Of a stretch of DNA of 64,000 nt, positions 9,452 through 18,168 are shown piece after piece. This stretch comes from Verrucomicrobiales bacterium (lineage in GTDB: Bacteria > Verrucomicrobiota > Verrucomicrobiia > Verrucomicrobiales > V1-33). Positions within the stretch are counted from its first letter, which is position 1, and every line of letters begins with the position of its first letter. The translations under genes and the position numbers were made by a program. The stretch spans positions 35,767 through 99,766 of the forward strand of contig JBJXFS010000359.1 in assembly GCA_046155625.1 (NCBI GenBank). The letters run 5' to 3'. Below the pieces are notes generated by a model. The model worked only from the letters and a program-made list of their open reading frames with translations, was not told where the DNA came from and ran no database searches.

Positions 9452-10618
9452 ATGAATTCCGTCGCTCAGGATTTGCCGCCAATAGACGCGACCGCCAGCG
9501 AGGCCGCGACACGCGCGGATTTTTCGATCCTGCGCTACGCCCAGTGCTGGGAGGATGCCGATATCCTGCTCGAGGCGCTCGATGTGCGCCCGGGCGCCGT
9601 CTGCCTGTCGATCGCCTCCGCGGGTGACAACGCGCTCGCCCTGCTCGCCCGCCAACCGGCCCGCGTCGTGGCCGTTGACCTGAGCCCAGCACAATTGGCA
9701 TGCCTGGAACTGCGGGTGTCCGCCTTTCGCTGCCTCGACCATGCCGGCTTGCTGGAGCTCGTCGGATCCCGCCCGAGCGCGCGGCGCCGTGAATTGTACG
9801 CCCGCTGCCGGCCTTCTCTCGCGCCCGCCACCCGCGCCTTCTGGGATGGCCGCGTCGCGGACATCGATCGGGGCATCGGCGGAGCGGGAAAATTCGAGCA
9901 CTACTTCCAGACGTTCCGCGATCGCGTCCTTCCACTGGTTCATTCGAGAGCTCAGGTCGATCGCTTGCTGGCGGGCGGCACGGTCGAGGCGCGGTCGTCA
10001 TTTTACCGCGACGAATGGAACACGTGGCGATGGCAGCTGATGTTCCGCCTGTTCTTCTCGCGATTTGTCATGGGCCGGATGGGGCGCGACCCGAGCTTCT
10101 TTCGTTTCGTCGAGGGAAGCGTGGCCAGCCGGATCCTGACGCGGGCCGAGCACGCCCTCACCGCGCTCGACACGGCCGCAAATCCCTACCTCCAATGGAT
10201 CCTGACGGGTCGCCACCTGACTGCCCTGCCGTTTGCCCTGCGCGAGGAAAACTTCGATGCCATCCGCTCGCATCTCGACCGTCTCGAATGGCACCGCGAA
10301 CCGCTCGAGGCATTTCTCAAACGCACACCGCCCGCGACATTCGACGCCTGCAACCTCAGCGATATTTTCGAATACATTTCCGAACCGAGCTTCCACCGGC
10401 TCCTCGGGCAAATCGTGCAGTCCGCGCGTCCCGGCGCCCGGCTCGCCTACTGGAACACGCTGGCCGACCGACGGCGACCCGAGTCCATGGCCGATGCACT
10501 GCGACCTCTCCCAGACTTGAGCCGCCGGCTGCTCGCGCAGGACAAGGCATTTTTTTACTGTGCGTTTCATGTCGAGGAGGTCGTCGGTCAGACAGTTGAT
10601 TCTCCTTCACTGCCGTGA
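9452..10618 (+). CDS. DUF3419 / BtaA-like (S-adenosylmethionine:diacylglycerol 3-amino-3-carboxypropyl transferase-like) protein
   Basis: N-terminus ..FSILRYAQCWEDADILLEALDVRPGAVCLSIASAGDNALALLARQPARVVAVDLSPAQLACLELR.. is the characteristic DUF3419/BtaA start, including a SAM-MTase-like Gly-rich loop. ATG at 9452; the ORF is open from 9221. Confidence 0.75.
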   Translation: MNSVAQDLPPIDATASEAATRADFSILRYAQCWEDADILLEALDVRPGAVCLSIASAGDNALALLARQPARVVAVDLSPAQLACLELRVSAFRCLDHAGLLELVGSRPSARRRELYARCRPSLAPATRAFWDGRVADIDRGIGGAGKFEHYFQTFRDRVLPLVHSRAQVDRLLAGGTVEARSSFYRDEWNTWRWQLMFRLFFSRFVMGRMGRDPSFFRFVEGSVASRILTRAEHALTALDTAANPYLQWILTGRHLTALPFALREENFDAIRSHLDRLEWHREPLEAFLKRTPPATFDACNLSDIFEYISEPSFHRLLGQIVQSARPGARLAYWNTLADRRRPESMADALRPLPDLSRRLLAQDKAFFYCAFHVEEVVGQTVDSPSLP

Positions 10619-11586
10619 ACGGCCCTCCCTCCATCGCCGGGCCGGTGGCGCCGATACCATCGCCGTTTGATCCGAATCGCCAGCCGGGTCCTCCACCGCA
10701 AGCGCATCTCGATGTTCGGGATCCAGCGGGAGGCGTACTGGCGCGGTGTTCGCTCTGGTGGCGCGACCTGCCCCGCGTCGATGGACGACGACCGGGGTTC
10801 ATCGGGCACTTTACCTCCGGGTCGGAGACCGCGGCGGCAGCTCTCTTGCGCGATGCCTGCCGGCGATTGGCCGCTGATAGGTGTGAGCTCGCCATCGGGC
10901 CAGTGGATGGCAGTACCTGGGGAAACTATCGATTCGTCACAGCCAGCTCCGGCGAGCCACCCTTTCTATTCGAACCGGATCACCCGCCTGAATGGCCTGC
11001 GTTTTTCGTCGACGCCGGTTTTTGGCCTCTGGCGCGCTATTATTCCACCGCCACAGAAAAATTGGACGTCGCCAATCCTAAGGGGGATCGCGCGGCAACT
11101 CGACTGCTTGCCGGCGGTTGTCGGATTCGCACGCTCGAGTCGTCCCGGCTGACGCAGGAACTCGAGGCGGTCCACGGCGTCATTTTGGCCGCTTTTGCCG
11201 GCGCCTTGCTGTACCAGCCGATGCCGCGGGACGCGTTTGTGGCCGAACAGACTCGGATCGGCCCACTGCTTCGACCGGACCTCGTCCTCGTGGCCGAGAG
11301 GCAGGGCTCGGTGGTCGGCTTTCTCTTTGCCATTCCCGACCACCGTCAGGCGGCCCAAGCGAAGCCGATCGACACGGTGATCATCAAAACGCTCGCCGTC
11401 CTCCCGGGACGCGAGAATGCCGGGCTCGGCGTCTGGCTGGTCCGCCAGTTGCATCGGTCGGCCAAGGCGCTCGGGTTTCGCCGGGTCATCCACGCCCTCA
11501 TGCACGAGTCGAACTATTCGCTCAATATCCACCGCGAGTCGACCCGATGGCTGCGCGAATACACGCTTTTCGCCCGCACCCTGTGA
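10615..11586 (+). CDS. GNAT-family N-acyltransferase with N-terminal extension
   Basis: The C-terminal part VIIKTLAVLPGRENAGLGVWLVRQLHRSAKALGFRRVIHALM fits the GNAT acyl-CoA-binding motif A (Q/R-x-x-G-x-G/A). The GTG start overlaps the upstream TGA (GTGA at 10615-10618). Confidence 0.65.
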   Translation: MNGPPSIAGPVAPIPSPFDPNRQPGPPPQAHLDVRDPAGGVLARCSLWWRDLPRVDGRRPGFIGHFTSGSETAAAALLRDACRRLAADRCELAIGPVDGSTWGNYRFVTASSGEPPFLFEPDHPPEWPAFFVDAGFWPLARYYSTATEKLDVANPKGDRAATRLLAGGCRIRTLESSRLTQELEAVHGVILAAFAGALLYQPMPRDAFVAEQTRIGPLLRPDLVLVAERQGSVVGFLFAIPDHRQAAQAKPIDTVIIKTLAVLPGRENAGLGVWLVRQLHRSAKALGFRRVIHALMHESNYSLNIHRESTRWLREYTLFARTL

Positions 11587-13178
11587 ACATCGCCGACCTG
11601 CTCACCGCCCGCGCCTCAACCGACGGCGACTCGCTGGCGGTCATCGACGACACGGACGCCGCGCACCACAGCCTGACATTTGGCCAGTTTGAGCGGGCCG
11701 CGACCCGCATCGCCGCTTACCTCCATACCCTGAGACTTCGTACCGGTGACCGTGTGCTGGTCCTGCAACCGCTCTCACTAGAGCTGTGTCTCATCCTCGT
11801 CGCCATTCTGCGCGCCGGTCTGGTGGCGGTGTTCGTCGACCCATCGGCGGGGCTCAGCCATCTCGACTCCTGCTGTCGAACATCTCAACCGCGCGCTTTC
11901 ATCGGATCCAGACGGGCCCACCTGCTGCGGTTGCTTTCCCCGGGCCTGCGACGCATCCCGATGAAATGGCGCGGTGACTCTCTCGTCCACCGAGCCCTCA
12001 CGGAATCGGGTGGCGATCCGGAATCGTTCACGCGTCCCGATTTACCCGCAACCGCTCCCGCGCTGGTCCGGTTCACCAGTGGCAGCACCGGCGTGCCCAA
12101 AGCCGCTGTCCGTTCCCACGGATTCCTGCTGGCTCAACTGCGGGCCATCAAAGTCCACCTTCACCTTGAGCACGGCCAGACCGACCTCATCACCATGCCC
12201 ATGTTCATGCTGCCAAACCTGGCCGCTGGCATCACGTCCGTCCTCCCCGCCGCCGACATCCGAGCCCCGGGACGCATCGACGCCAAGTCGTTCATCCGGC
12301 AGATCCACGAGCGCCGCCCCGACCGCCTCACCGCCTCTCCCGCGCTCCTCCAGCGGTTGGTGGAATTTGCCCATACCCATACCCAATCGGCCAGCTCACT
12401 GCGCCGCATCGATACCGGGGGCGCGCCCGTCCATCCACGATTGCTCGACCACCTCCAGCCATTCGCCCCGAATGCCACGGTCACCGCGGTCTACGGGTCG
12501 ACCGAAGCCGAACCGATCGCCCTCCTGCCGGCGGAATCCATCACCGCCACCGACCGCCAGCGCATGGCATCGGGAGCCGGGTTGCTCGCCGGTCGCCCCG
12601 TGCCGGACATCGAAATCCGCATGTTCCGAGTGAGACTCGAACCGCCAGCCCGCCGATTGAGCGCGGACGAATTCGAGGCCCTGAGCGTCAGTCCCGGCCA
12701 ACCAGGGGAAATCGTCGTCCATGGTCCCCATGTCCATCCAGGCGACACCGACAATCCGGCCGCCGAACCAACCAAATTGTTCGTTGGCAAGACCGTCTGG
12801 CATCGCACGGGGGACGTCGGTCGCCTGGAAGCGGACGGCCGCCTGTGGCTGCTCGGGCGTTCGTCGGCCCGCCTCGATGACCCGCGCGGCACGCTCTATC
12901 CCTTTGAAATCGAAACCGCCGCCCTCATGAATGACTCCATTCGCCACGCCGCCCTCGTCGCCATCGACGGCCGCCGCATCCTCGCCGTCGAGCCGACCCG
13001 CCCAGGCCATCCACCCATCATACCAGACCCAATCCGCACCCAAGTCGACGACGTGCGGATCGTCCGCGCGCTGCCACTCGACCGCCGCCACAATGCCAAA
13101 ATAGACTATGCGCAACTGCGGAGACGTCTGTTTAAGTCAAGTAAGCGGAATGCCGCCAGACCTCAATGCTTCGAATGA
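11547..13178 (+). CDS. AMP-dependent synthetase/ligase (ANL adenylating enzyme, acyl-CoA-ligase-like)
   Basis: LVRFTSGSTGVPKAAV is the AMP-binding core motif. VYGSTEAEP, WHRTGDVGRL and the C-terminal ..RRHNAKIDY.. are the other ANL motifs. No carrier-protein domain. The start is ATG 11547 or GTG 11583, which would give a GTGA overlap with the GNAT stop. The Arg/Pro-rich ORF extension back to 11118 was rejected. Confidence 0.85.
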   Translation: MAARIHAFRPHPVNIADLLTARASTDGDSLAVIDDTDAAHHSLTFGQFERAATRIAAYLHTLRLRTGDRVLVLQPLSLELCLILVAILRAGLVAVFVDPSAGLSHLDSCCRTSQPRAFIGSRRAHLLRLLSPGLRRIPMKWRGDSLVHRALTESGGDPESFTRPDLPATAPALVRFTSGSTGVPKAAVRSHGFLLAQLRAIKVHLHLEHGQTDLITMPMFMLPNLAAGITSVLPAADIRAPGRIDAKSFIRQIHERRPDRLTASPALLQRLVEFAHTHTQSASSLRRIDTGGAPVHPRLLDHLQPFAPNATVTAVYGSTEAEPIALLPAESITATDRQRMASGAGLLAGRPVPDIEIRMFRVRLEPPARRLSADEFEALSVSPGQPGEIVVHGPHVHPGDTDNPAAEPTKLFVGKTVWHRTGDVGRLEADGRLWLLGRSSARLDDPRGTLYPFEIETAALMNDSIRHAALVAIDGRRILAVEPTRPGHPPIIPDPIRTQVDDVRIVRALPLDRRHNAKIDYAQLRRRLFKSSKRNAARPQCFE

Positions 13179-13266
13179 CGAACCGCACCCCCGCACCCAT
13201 CCTGAACACTCTGACCCTAGTCGCCAGAAAAAACACGATCACCCGTGGCACGACCACCTTGAAAGC

Positions 13267-13331
13267 GACAATGGGACGGGTAATTAGAATGCCGACAATG
13301 GGACGGGCAATTAGAAGGCAATTAGAATGCC
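13267..13331. repeat. tandem ~27-nt repeat GACAATGGGACGGG(T/C)AATTAGAA(T/G)GCC (2 copies + partial third)
   Basis: Read directly: gacaatgggacgggtaattagaatgcc / gacaatgggacgggcaattagaaggc / aattagaatgcc. A third related copy lies at 15104-15122. Confidence 0.8.
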
Positions 13332-13517
13332 ACCTCACAGACCTGTATCGCCGTGAGGCGCACCGTGTGGTGCATCGGTACCACTCCAGATGCGTGCAAA
13401 AAGAAGTCCGCCCTGGGATGAGGCGAGTTCTTGAACAAATGGGTTCCGTGGAGTCGCTTTACTGGATAGTCTTCGACACAATCCCGGAATCCCGATGGAG
13501 CCCGCCCGCCGCGGGAC

Positions 13518-14783
13518 ATGGGTGATTATTCTCCAATCTCATCCGACCTCATGACCGAATCCTTTGGCCAACACATACGTCCTCCGTTCCGTGGTATCGC
13601 GTGTTCCCATCGGTCAAATCGATGGGCCTTGTGGATTGGCTCGGCGGCGCTTGCGGGAGCCGTGTCGGCTGCGGAGCCGGTGCCGCCGCCGTCGATTGAG
13701 GCTCTGCTCAAGTCGCTTGAAAGCGTGGATTTTGGCGAGCGCGAGCGGGCCTTAGACGGCTTGAGCGCGCAGCGGGACGCTGCGGGCGACCGTGTGCCCG
13801 AGCTTCGGGAGCGTCTCCGCGATTCGGACCGGGAATCCCGTCAACGTGCGGGCCAAGCCCTGGCAGCGCTGGGAGTGAGCGAGACAGCTGTCATTGATGA
13901 ATTGATCTCTGGGATGGAGCGCCGAGTGCGCAACCGGTATCTGAACGGTCCGGATCCGGCGCTGACGTCGCTGTCTGCCTTAGTGAAGCTGGGAGCTCCA
14001 GCCGTGCCCGCTTTAGTCAAGGCCATGGAGAATCCTGGCTACACGAATAGCGATTGGGTCGTGATGACCCTGGGTCGGATGGGGCCTCAGGCCAGGGAGG
14101 CGGTACCGGCGCTGCTGCGACGCATGGAATCGGACACCGTAGCGGTCCAGTGCGCCGCCATTGAGGCGAAGTGGCGTATCGACGGGGACGCTGTGTTTGT
14201 CCGGGAGCGCGCCATTCCGCTGCTCGATTTGAAGGGCGGGCTCGAATGCAATGGCGCCGTCCACACGCTGGCGCTGCTCGGGCCCGACGCGGTGCCGGTG
14301 CTACCTGCTGTCATTGCGGCGCTCGAGAAATATGAGCATCTCGGCGTTTTGTACACATTGGCCGGCTTGGCTTGCCACGCTCCGGAGCAAGTCCTGCCCG
14401 TCCTGCGCCGGGCTCTTGATAACCCGCGCCTCGCTGACGCCGCGGCTGAACATCTCCAGAATTTGGGCGAACCATCCGGCCCGCTGATCCGTCATCAGCT
14501 GAAGCGACTCAAAGCGTCCGCCCCGGAGGACGGCAGCGATCCGATGCGAATCATTTATACGATCGTCGTCCACGGACCTGAGGCCACCGTCTTTCTGGAC
14601 GACTTGGTCGCCCTGCTCAAACACGAAACCCCCGCTGTGCGCCGCGCCGCTGCTTGGGGGCTCCCCCGCATTTTCGCGCCTGAAGCGCCCGTCGTGGCGG
14701 CGCTGAAACAAGCCGCCAGCGACCCGGCCACCGCCGAAGAAGCCGCCCGGAGTCTGGGGGTGGTGGAGCAAGCTCGACGCTAA
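13518..14783 (+). CDS. HEAT-repeat (PBS-lyase HEAT-like) protein, probably secreted
   Basis: Hydrophobic segment WALWIGSAALAGAVSAAEP, followed by repeated ~30-aa units with the pattern ..R..A..AL..LG......P.L...L.D (for example VPELRERLRDSDRESRQRAGQALAALG and PALVKAMENPGY). Start uncertain (13518 or 13551). Confidence 0.65.
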   Translation: MGDYSPISSDLMTESFGQHIRPPFRGIACSHRSNRWALWIGSAALAGAVSAAEPVPPPSIEALLKSLESVDFGERERALDGLSAQRDAAGDRVPELRERLRDSDRESRQRAGQALAALGVSETAVIDELISGMERRVRNRYLNGPDPALTSLSALVKLGAPAVPALVKAMENPGYTNSDWVVMTLGRMGPQAREAVPALLRRMESDTVAVQCAAIEAKWRIDGDAVFVRERAIPLLDLKGGLECNGAVHTLALLGPDAVPVLPAVIAALEKYEHLGVLYTLAGLACHAPEQVLPVLRRALDNPRLADAAAEHLQNLGEPSGPLIRHQLKRLKASAPEDGSDPMRIIYTIVVHGPEATVFLDDLVALLKHETPAVRRAAAWGLPRIFAPEAPVVAALKQAASDPATAEEAARSLGVVEQARR

Positions 14784-14931
14784 TCGGCTTACGGAACCGT
14801 TGAGCGGGCACGCCGATTTTTGAGCATGGAGGGAGCTTGATTTGGCGTCACGAGAGAAGGGCGGTGAGTTGGCGCACGTATTTTGCCTGTCACTCTATGG
14901 GTCGACCCTCCCCCCAAAATCCCGACCCCGG

Positions 14932-15120
14932 ATGTCACAGTCCGTTCAGCCCGAAGCAGAAAGCAATCTTCGGGCCGCTGAGCGGGTCGTTTCCCTGCTG
15001 GCCGACCACGGCGCGGCGTCCGTGGTAATTGGTGCGGTCGCTCTGGCGGCTCATCGTTACGTGCGCTTTACCGAGGACATCGATCTTGGCATGGACGCGG
15101 ATCGACGATGGGACGGGTAA
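14932..15120 (+). pseudogene. truncated N-terminal fragment of a nucleotidyltransferase-fold protein
   Basis: AAERVVSLLADHGAASVVIGAVALAAHRYVRFTEDIDLGMDA resembles the N-terminus of small nucleotidyltransferase-family proteins (G-x-x-A ... T-x-D-I-D-L). The frame stops after ~60 aa, exactly inside the repeat copy at 15104-15122. Confidence 0.4.
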
Positions 15121-15122
15121 TT
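15104..15122. repeat. third copy of the ATGGGACGGGTAATT repeat
   Basis: gacgatgggacgggtaatt compared with gacaatgggacgggtaatt at 13267: 18 of 19 identical, same orientation. Confidence 0.7.
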
Positions 15123-15159
15123 CATGGATTACCATTAAGGCACCAACCATCGACGACGA

Positions 15160-16371
15160 TCACGCGTCGAGCAGGGCGGCGACGCCCGGCAGCGTTTTAC
15201 CTTCGAGCAATTCCAGGCTGGCGCCGCCGCCGGTTGAGATAAATGTCACCTTGTCGGCGACACCGGCGCGTTTCACGGCCTTGACGCTGTCTCCGCCGCC
15301 GATGATGGATTTGCAGGCGGGGTTGGCGGCGATGGACTCGGCGATGGCGAAGGTCCCGTGGGCACATTCTTTGATTTCGAAAACGCCCATCGGTCCGTTC
15401 CAGACGATGGTTCGTGCCGTGGCCACTTCCGCGCTGTATTGCCGGATGGTTTCGGGCCCGATGTCCACGCCTTCCCAGCCATCGGGAATGCCGCAGCCGA
15501 GTTCAGTGTAGCGCGGTGGGCTCACTGTCTTGGCCGCGAAGTCAAGGTGTTCGACGATCAGGTTGTCCACGGGAAGGAGGAATTTCACGCCCCGCGCCTT
15601 GGCTTTCTCCAAGGCGGCCTTGGCGGTCGGGACGTGTTCGGGTTCGCACAGCGATTTCCCGATGCTCTGGCCGAGCGCGAGTTTGAACGTGTACGCCATG
15701 CCGCCGCCGATGAGGATGGTGTCTGCCTGGTCGAGCAGGCGGTCGATCACCTTGATTTTGTCGCTGACTTTTGCGCCCCCCAGAATGACGACAAACGGGC
15801 GGGCGGGTGACTGGAGCGCATCGTGCATGAACGCCAGTTCCTTTTCCATGAGGAATCCGGACACAGCCGGCAAGTGAGCAGCCACTCCAGCGGTCGAGCT
15901 GTGCGCGCGGTGGGCCGAGCCGAACGCGTCATTGACAAACACATCGCCGAGCCAGGCGATTTGCCGAGCCAGCTCTGGATCGTTCTTTTCTTCGCCCGGT
16001 TCGAAACGGACGTTCTCGAGCAGTGTGACATCCCCATTTTTCATGTGCTCGACAATTTGCGCCGGAATCTCCCCAACAACATCGTGGCTGAAGGCCACCG
16101 GATGACCGATGAGTGTGTGGAGGTAATCGCCGACCGGACGCAGGGAGAATTCTGGCGACGGTTTCCCCTTCGGCCGTCCGAGGTGCGACATGAGGATCAC
16201 TTTCGCGCCGTGTTCGCGCAGATAGTTGATCGTCGGCAAACTCTCGCGGATGCGCGTATCATCCGTCACGACCGCGGTTCCCGATTGATGGTCAAGCGGC
16301 ACATTGAAATCGACGCGAACCAGGGCGCGTTTGCCGGCCAGGTCGATGTCGCGAATGGTTTTTTTGGGCAT
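15160..16371 (-). CDS. pgk: phosphoglycerate kinase
   Basis: MPKKTIRDIDLAGKRALVRVDFNVPL..., SHLGRPKG, and FISTGGGASLELLEGK at the C-terminus are canonical Pgk motifs. The ATG at 16371 was verified as CAT at 16369-16371. The upstream ORF extension to 16665 was rejected. Confidence 0.97.
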   Translation of the reverse strand: MPKKTIRDIDLAGKRALVRVDFNVPLDHQSGTAVVTDDTRIRESLPTINYLREHGAKVILMSHLGRPKGKPSPEFSLRPVGDYLHTLIGHPVAFSHDVVGEIPAQIVEHMKNGDVTLLENVRFEPGEEKNDPELARQIAWLGDVFVNDAFGSAHRAHSSTAGVAAHLPAVSGFLMEKELAFMHDALQSPARPFVVILGGAKVSDKIKVIDRLLDQADTILIGGGMAYTFKLALGQSIGKSLCEPEHVPTAKAALEKAKARGVKFLLPVDNLIVEHLDFAAKTVSPPRYTELGCGIPDGWEGVDIGPETIRQYSAEVATARTIVWNGPMGVFEIKECAHGTFAIAESIAANPACKSIIGGGDSVKAVKRAGVADKVTFISTGGGASLELLEGKTLPGVAALLDA

Positions 16372-16692
16372 GGCACGATCAGGTAAAGAAATGACGGTGG
16401 CTCGCCGGCTCCCCTTGCGGGAGAATGCCGTCACCTCCTCAAGCCATCGGGCAAAAGTCCCGCCGGTCAAGCCGCCAGTCGGAAGAACCGCCGGGTCCAC
16501 TACCGCGTGCCGCGGGCGCGACGGGCGCTGCAGCGTGGGAGTGGGATTCTTTAAGCCTCCTGATCGATGAAATGCATTGAGTTGAGTACCGCCGGGAGAG
16601 GCGGAATTGTCGGCTGAGTCGCGAAGCCTTGTGCGATAGTCCCTCTCCGCCCATCGTTCCTCCACCGAGGACGATTCCGCCTTTTCTGGCGT

Positions 16693-18012
16693 TCACGTCA
16701 TTTCGCGCGACCACGGGGCGCGGAGCGGGCGCGAGCGAAAGCGGCTGGCATTGGCTTCCGGGTCATCGGGGAAGACTTCTTTCTCCGGATCCCACCGGAG
16801 GGTGCGACCGGTCTGGAGCGCGATGTTACCGAGGTGGCAGAGCGTGGCGCAGCGGTGACCGATTTCCGCCGGGAAGTACGGCTCGCCGCGCGACTTGATG
16901 CAGTCGAGGAAGTTGCGGTGTTCGCCCTGAGGGCAGGTGAAAAGGCGCTGGTCATTGGCGCCGAATGGCTCCTTGATGATTTCGGGGCGACTGGCCGTCA
17001 GGTCGGTGTTCCAGGACGGGCTGCCCACCCAGCCGTCGCTTCCGTGACACTGGATGCCAGTGCCGCCGTCCTTGACGTGCAGGACGACACCGTTGGCATA
17101 GCGGTACTCGAGGTCGAAGGTCCGGTAGGCGTTATACTGACTGTTCTCCTTGGCCCTCCCTGTCCCCTTGACCTCCACGGGTCCGGTGCGCTCGGTGTCG
17201 TTGGCCCACTGGGCGGTATCGAGTTGGTGCATACCCCAATCGCTGAGCATGCCCCCGGAGTAATCGAGGATGTGTCGCCAGCGCATGCGTTCGGTTCGTT
17301 CAGGGGTGAACGGGGCGACGGAGGCGGGACCGAGCCAGAGATCGTAGTCGAGGTCCTCGGGGACGGGGACTTCGGATTCATCGGGATAGTCCGTGCCGGT
17401 GGGCAGCGAGACCTCGATGCGCTGGAGGCGGCCGATGCGTCCATCGCGGACGATTTCGGCGAGTTGGTGATAAACCCGCAGGCTTCGATCTTCAGTGGAC
17501 GTCTGGAAGACCCGGCCGGATTTTTTGACGAGGTCGGCGATGAAGCGTCCATCCGCGATGGTAAGCGTGGGTTTTTCGCAAATGACATCCTTGCCGGCGC
17601 GAAGGGCCATGGCGCTCATGACAGCGTGCCAGTGATCGGGAGTGGAGATCATGATCGCGTCGATGTCGGGACGGGCCAGCATTTCGCGAAAGTCGGCGTA
17701 CACGCGACAGTCCTTGTTTTGATAGGTGACATCGACGATCCGCTTCGCATCCTCCCGGCGGCTGCGAAAGACGTCGCACACGGCCACGGCCCGGGCATCC
17801 GGTTGCTCGAGGAAAGTCATCAGATTGCGCGAAACGCCGTGGTCACCCATGCCGATGAAACCGACGGCAATCTGTTTACTGGGCGCGTTGGCTCCGCGCA
17901 GACGGGCCGGGAGAATGGTCGGGGCGGCCAGGGCAGTGGCGACGGACTGGAGAAACCGGCGGCGGGTGGTTGTGGAGGCACGGCGGTTGGCCATCAATCG
18001 GTTGGCGGTCAT
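16693..18012 (-). CDS. Gfo/Idh/MocA-family NAD(P)-dependent oxidoreductase with twin-arginine signal
   Basis: The N-terminus TTRRRFLQSVATALAAPTILPA is Tat-like. IAVGFIGMGDHG is the Rossmann motif and ..VICEKP.. is the family EKP motif. Confidence 0.85.
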   Translation of the reverse strand: MTANRLMANRRASTTTRRRFLQSVATALAAPTILPARLRGANAPSKQIAVGFIGMGDHGVSRNLMTFLEQPDARAVAVCDVFRSRREDAKRIVDVTYQNKDCRVYADFREMLARPDIDAIMISTPDHWHAVMSAMALRAGKDVICEKPTLTIADGRFIADLVKKSGRVFQTSTEDRSLRVYHQLAEIVRDGRIGRLQRIEVSLPTGTDYPDESEVPVPEDLDYDLWLGPASVAPFTPERTERMRWRHILDYSGGMLSDWGMHQLDTAQWANDTERTGPVEVKGTGRAKENSQYNAYRTFDLEYRYANGVVLHVKDGGTGIQCHGSDGWVGSPSWNTDLTASRPEIIKEPFGANDQRLFTCPQGEHRNFLDCIKSRGEPYFPAEIGHRCATLCHLGNIALQTGRTLRWDPEKEVFPDDPEANASRFRSRPLRAPWSREMT

Positions 18013-18168
18013 GAGCGGACAAGGTGGTTTTGATGGGCGCCGGCAACGCGCCCGTCAGCGAGTGTGGCCAGGACGAGACCGTTGGCAAGCCGTCGCGGAA
18101 ATGTCACCCGACACGGCGGGAAACAACCATTGCCGCCGCCGCCGGCTCCGGACATACTCGCGCGCCTC

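Noticed and set aside
11118-11546. Long N-terminal extension of the adenylating-enzyme ORF (start at 11118)
   Set aside because: It lies entirely within the GNAT gene in another frame and has an Arg/Pro/Gly-rich shadow composition. The ANL homology begins only after 11583.
16372-16665. 98-codon N-terminal extension of pgk, with similar extensions of gatB (53231-53533) and the alcohol dehydrogenase (32903-33022)
   Set aside because: Homology to the families begins at the internal ATGs, and the extensions have no family counterpart.
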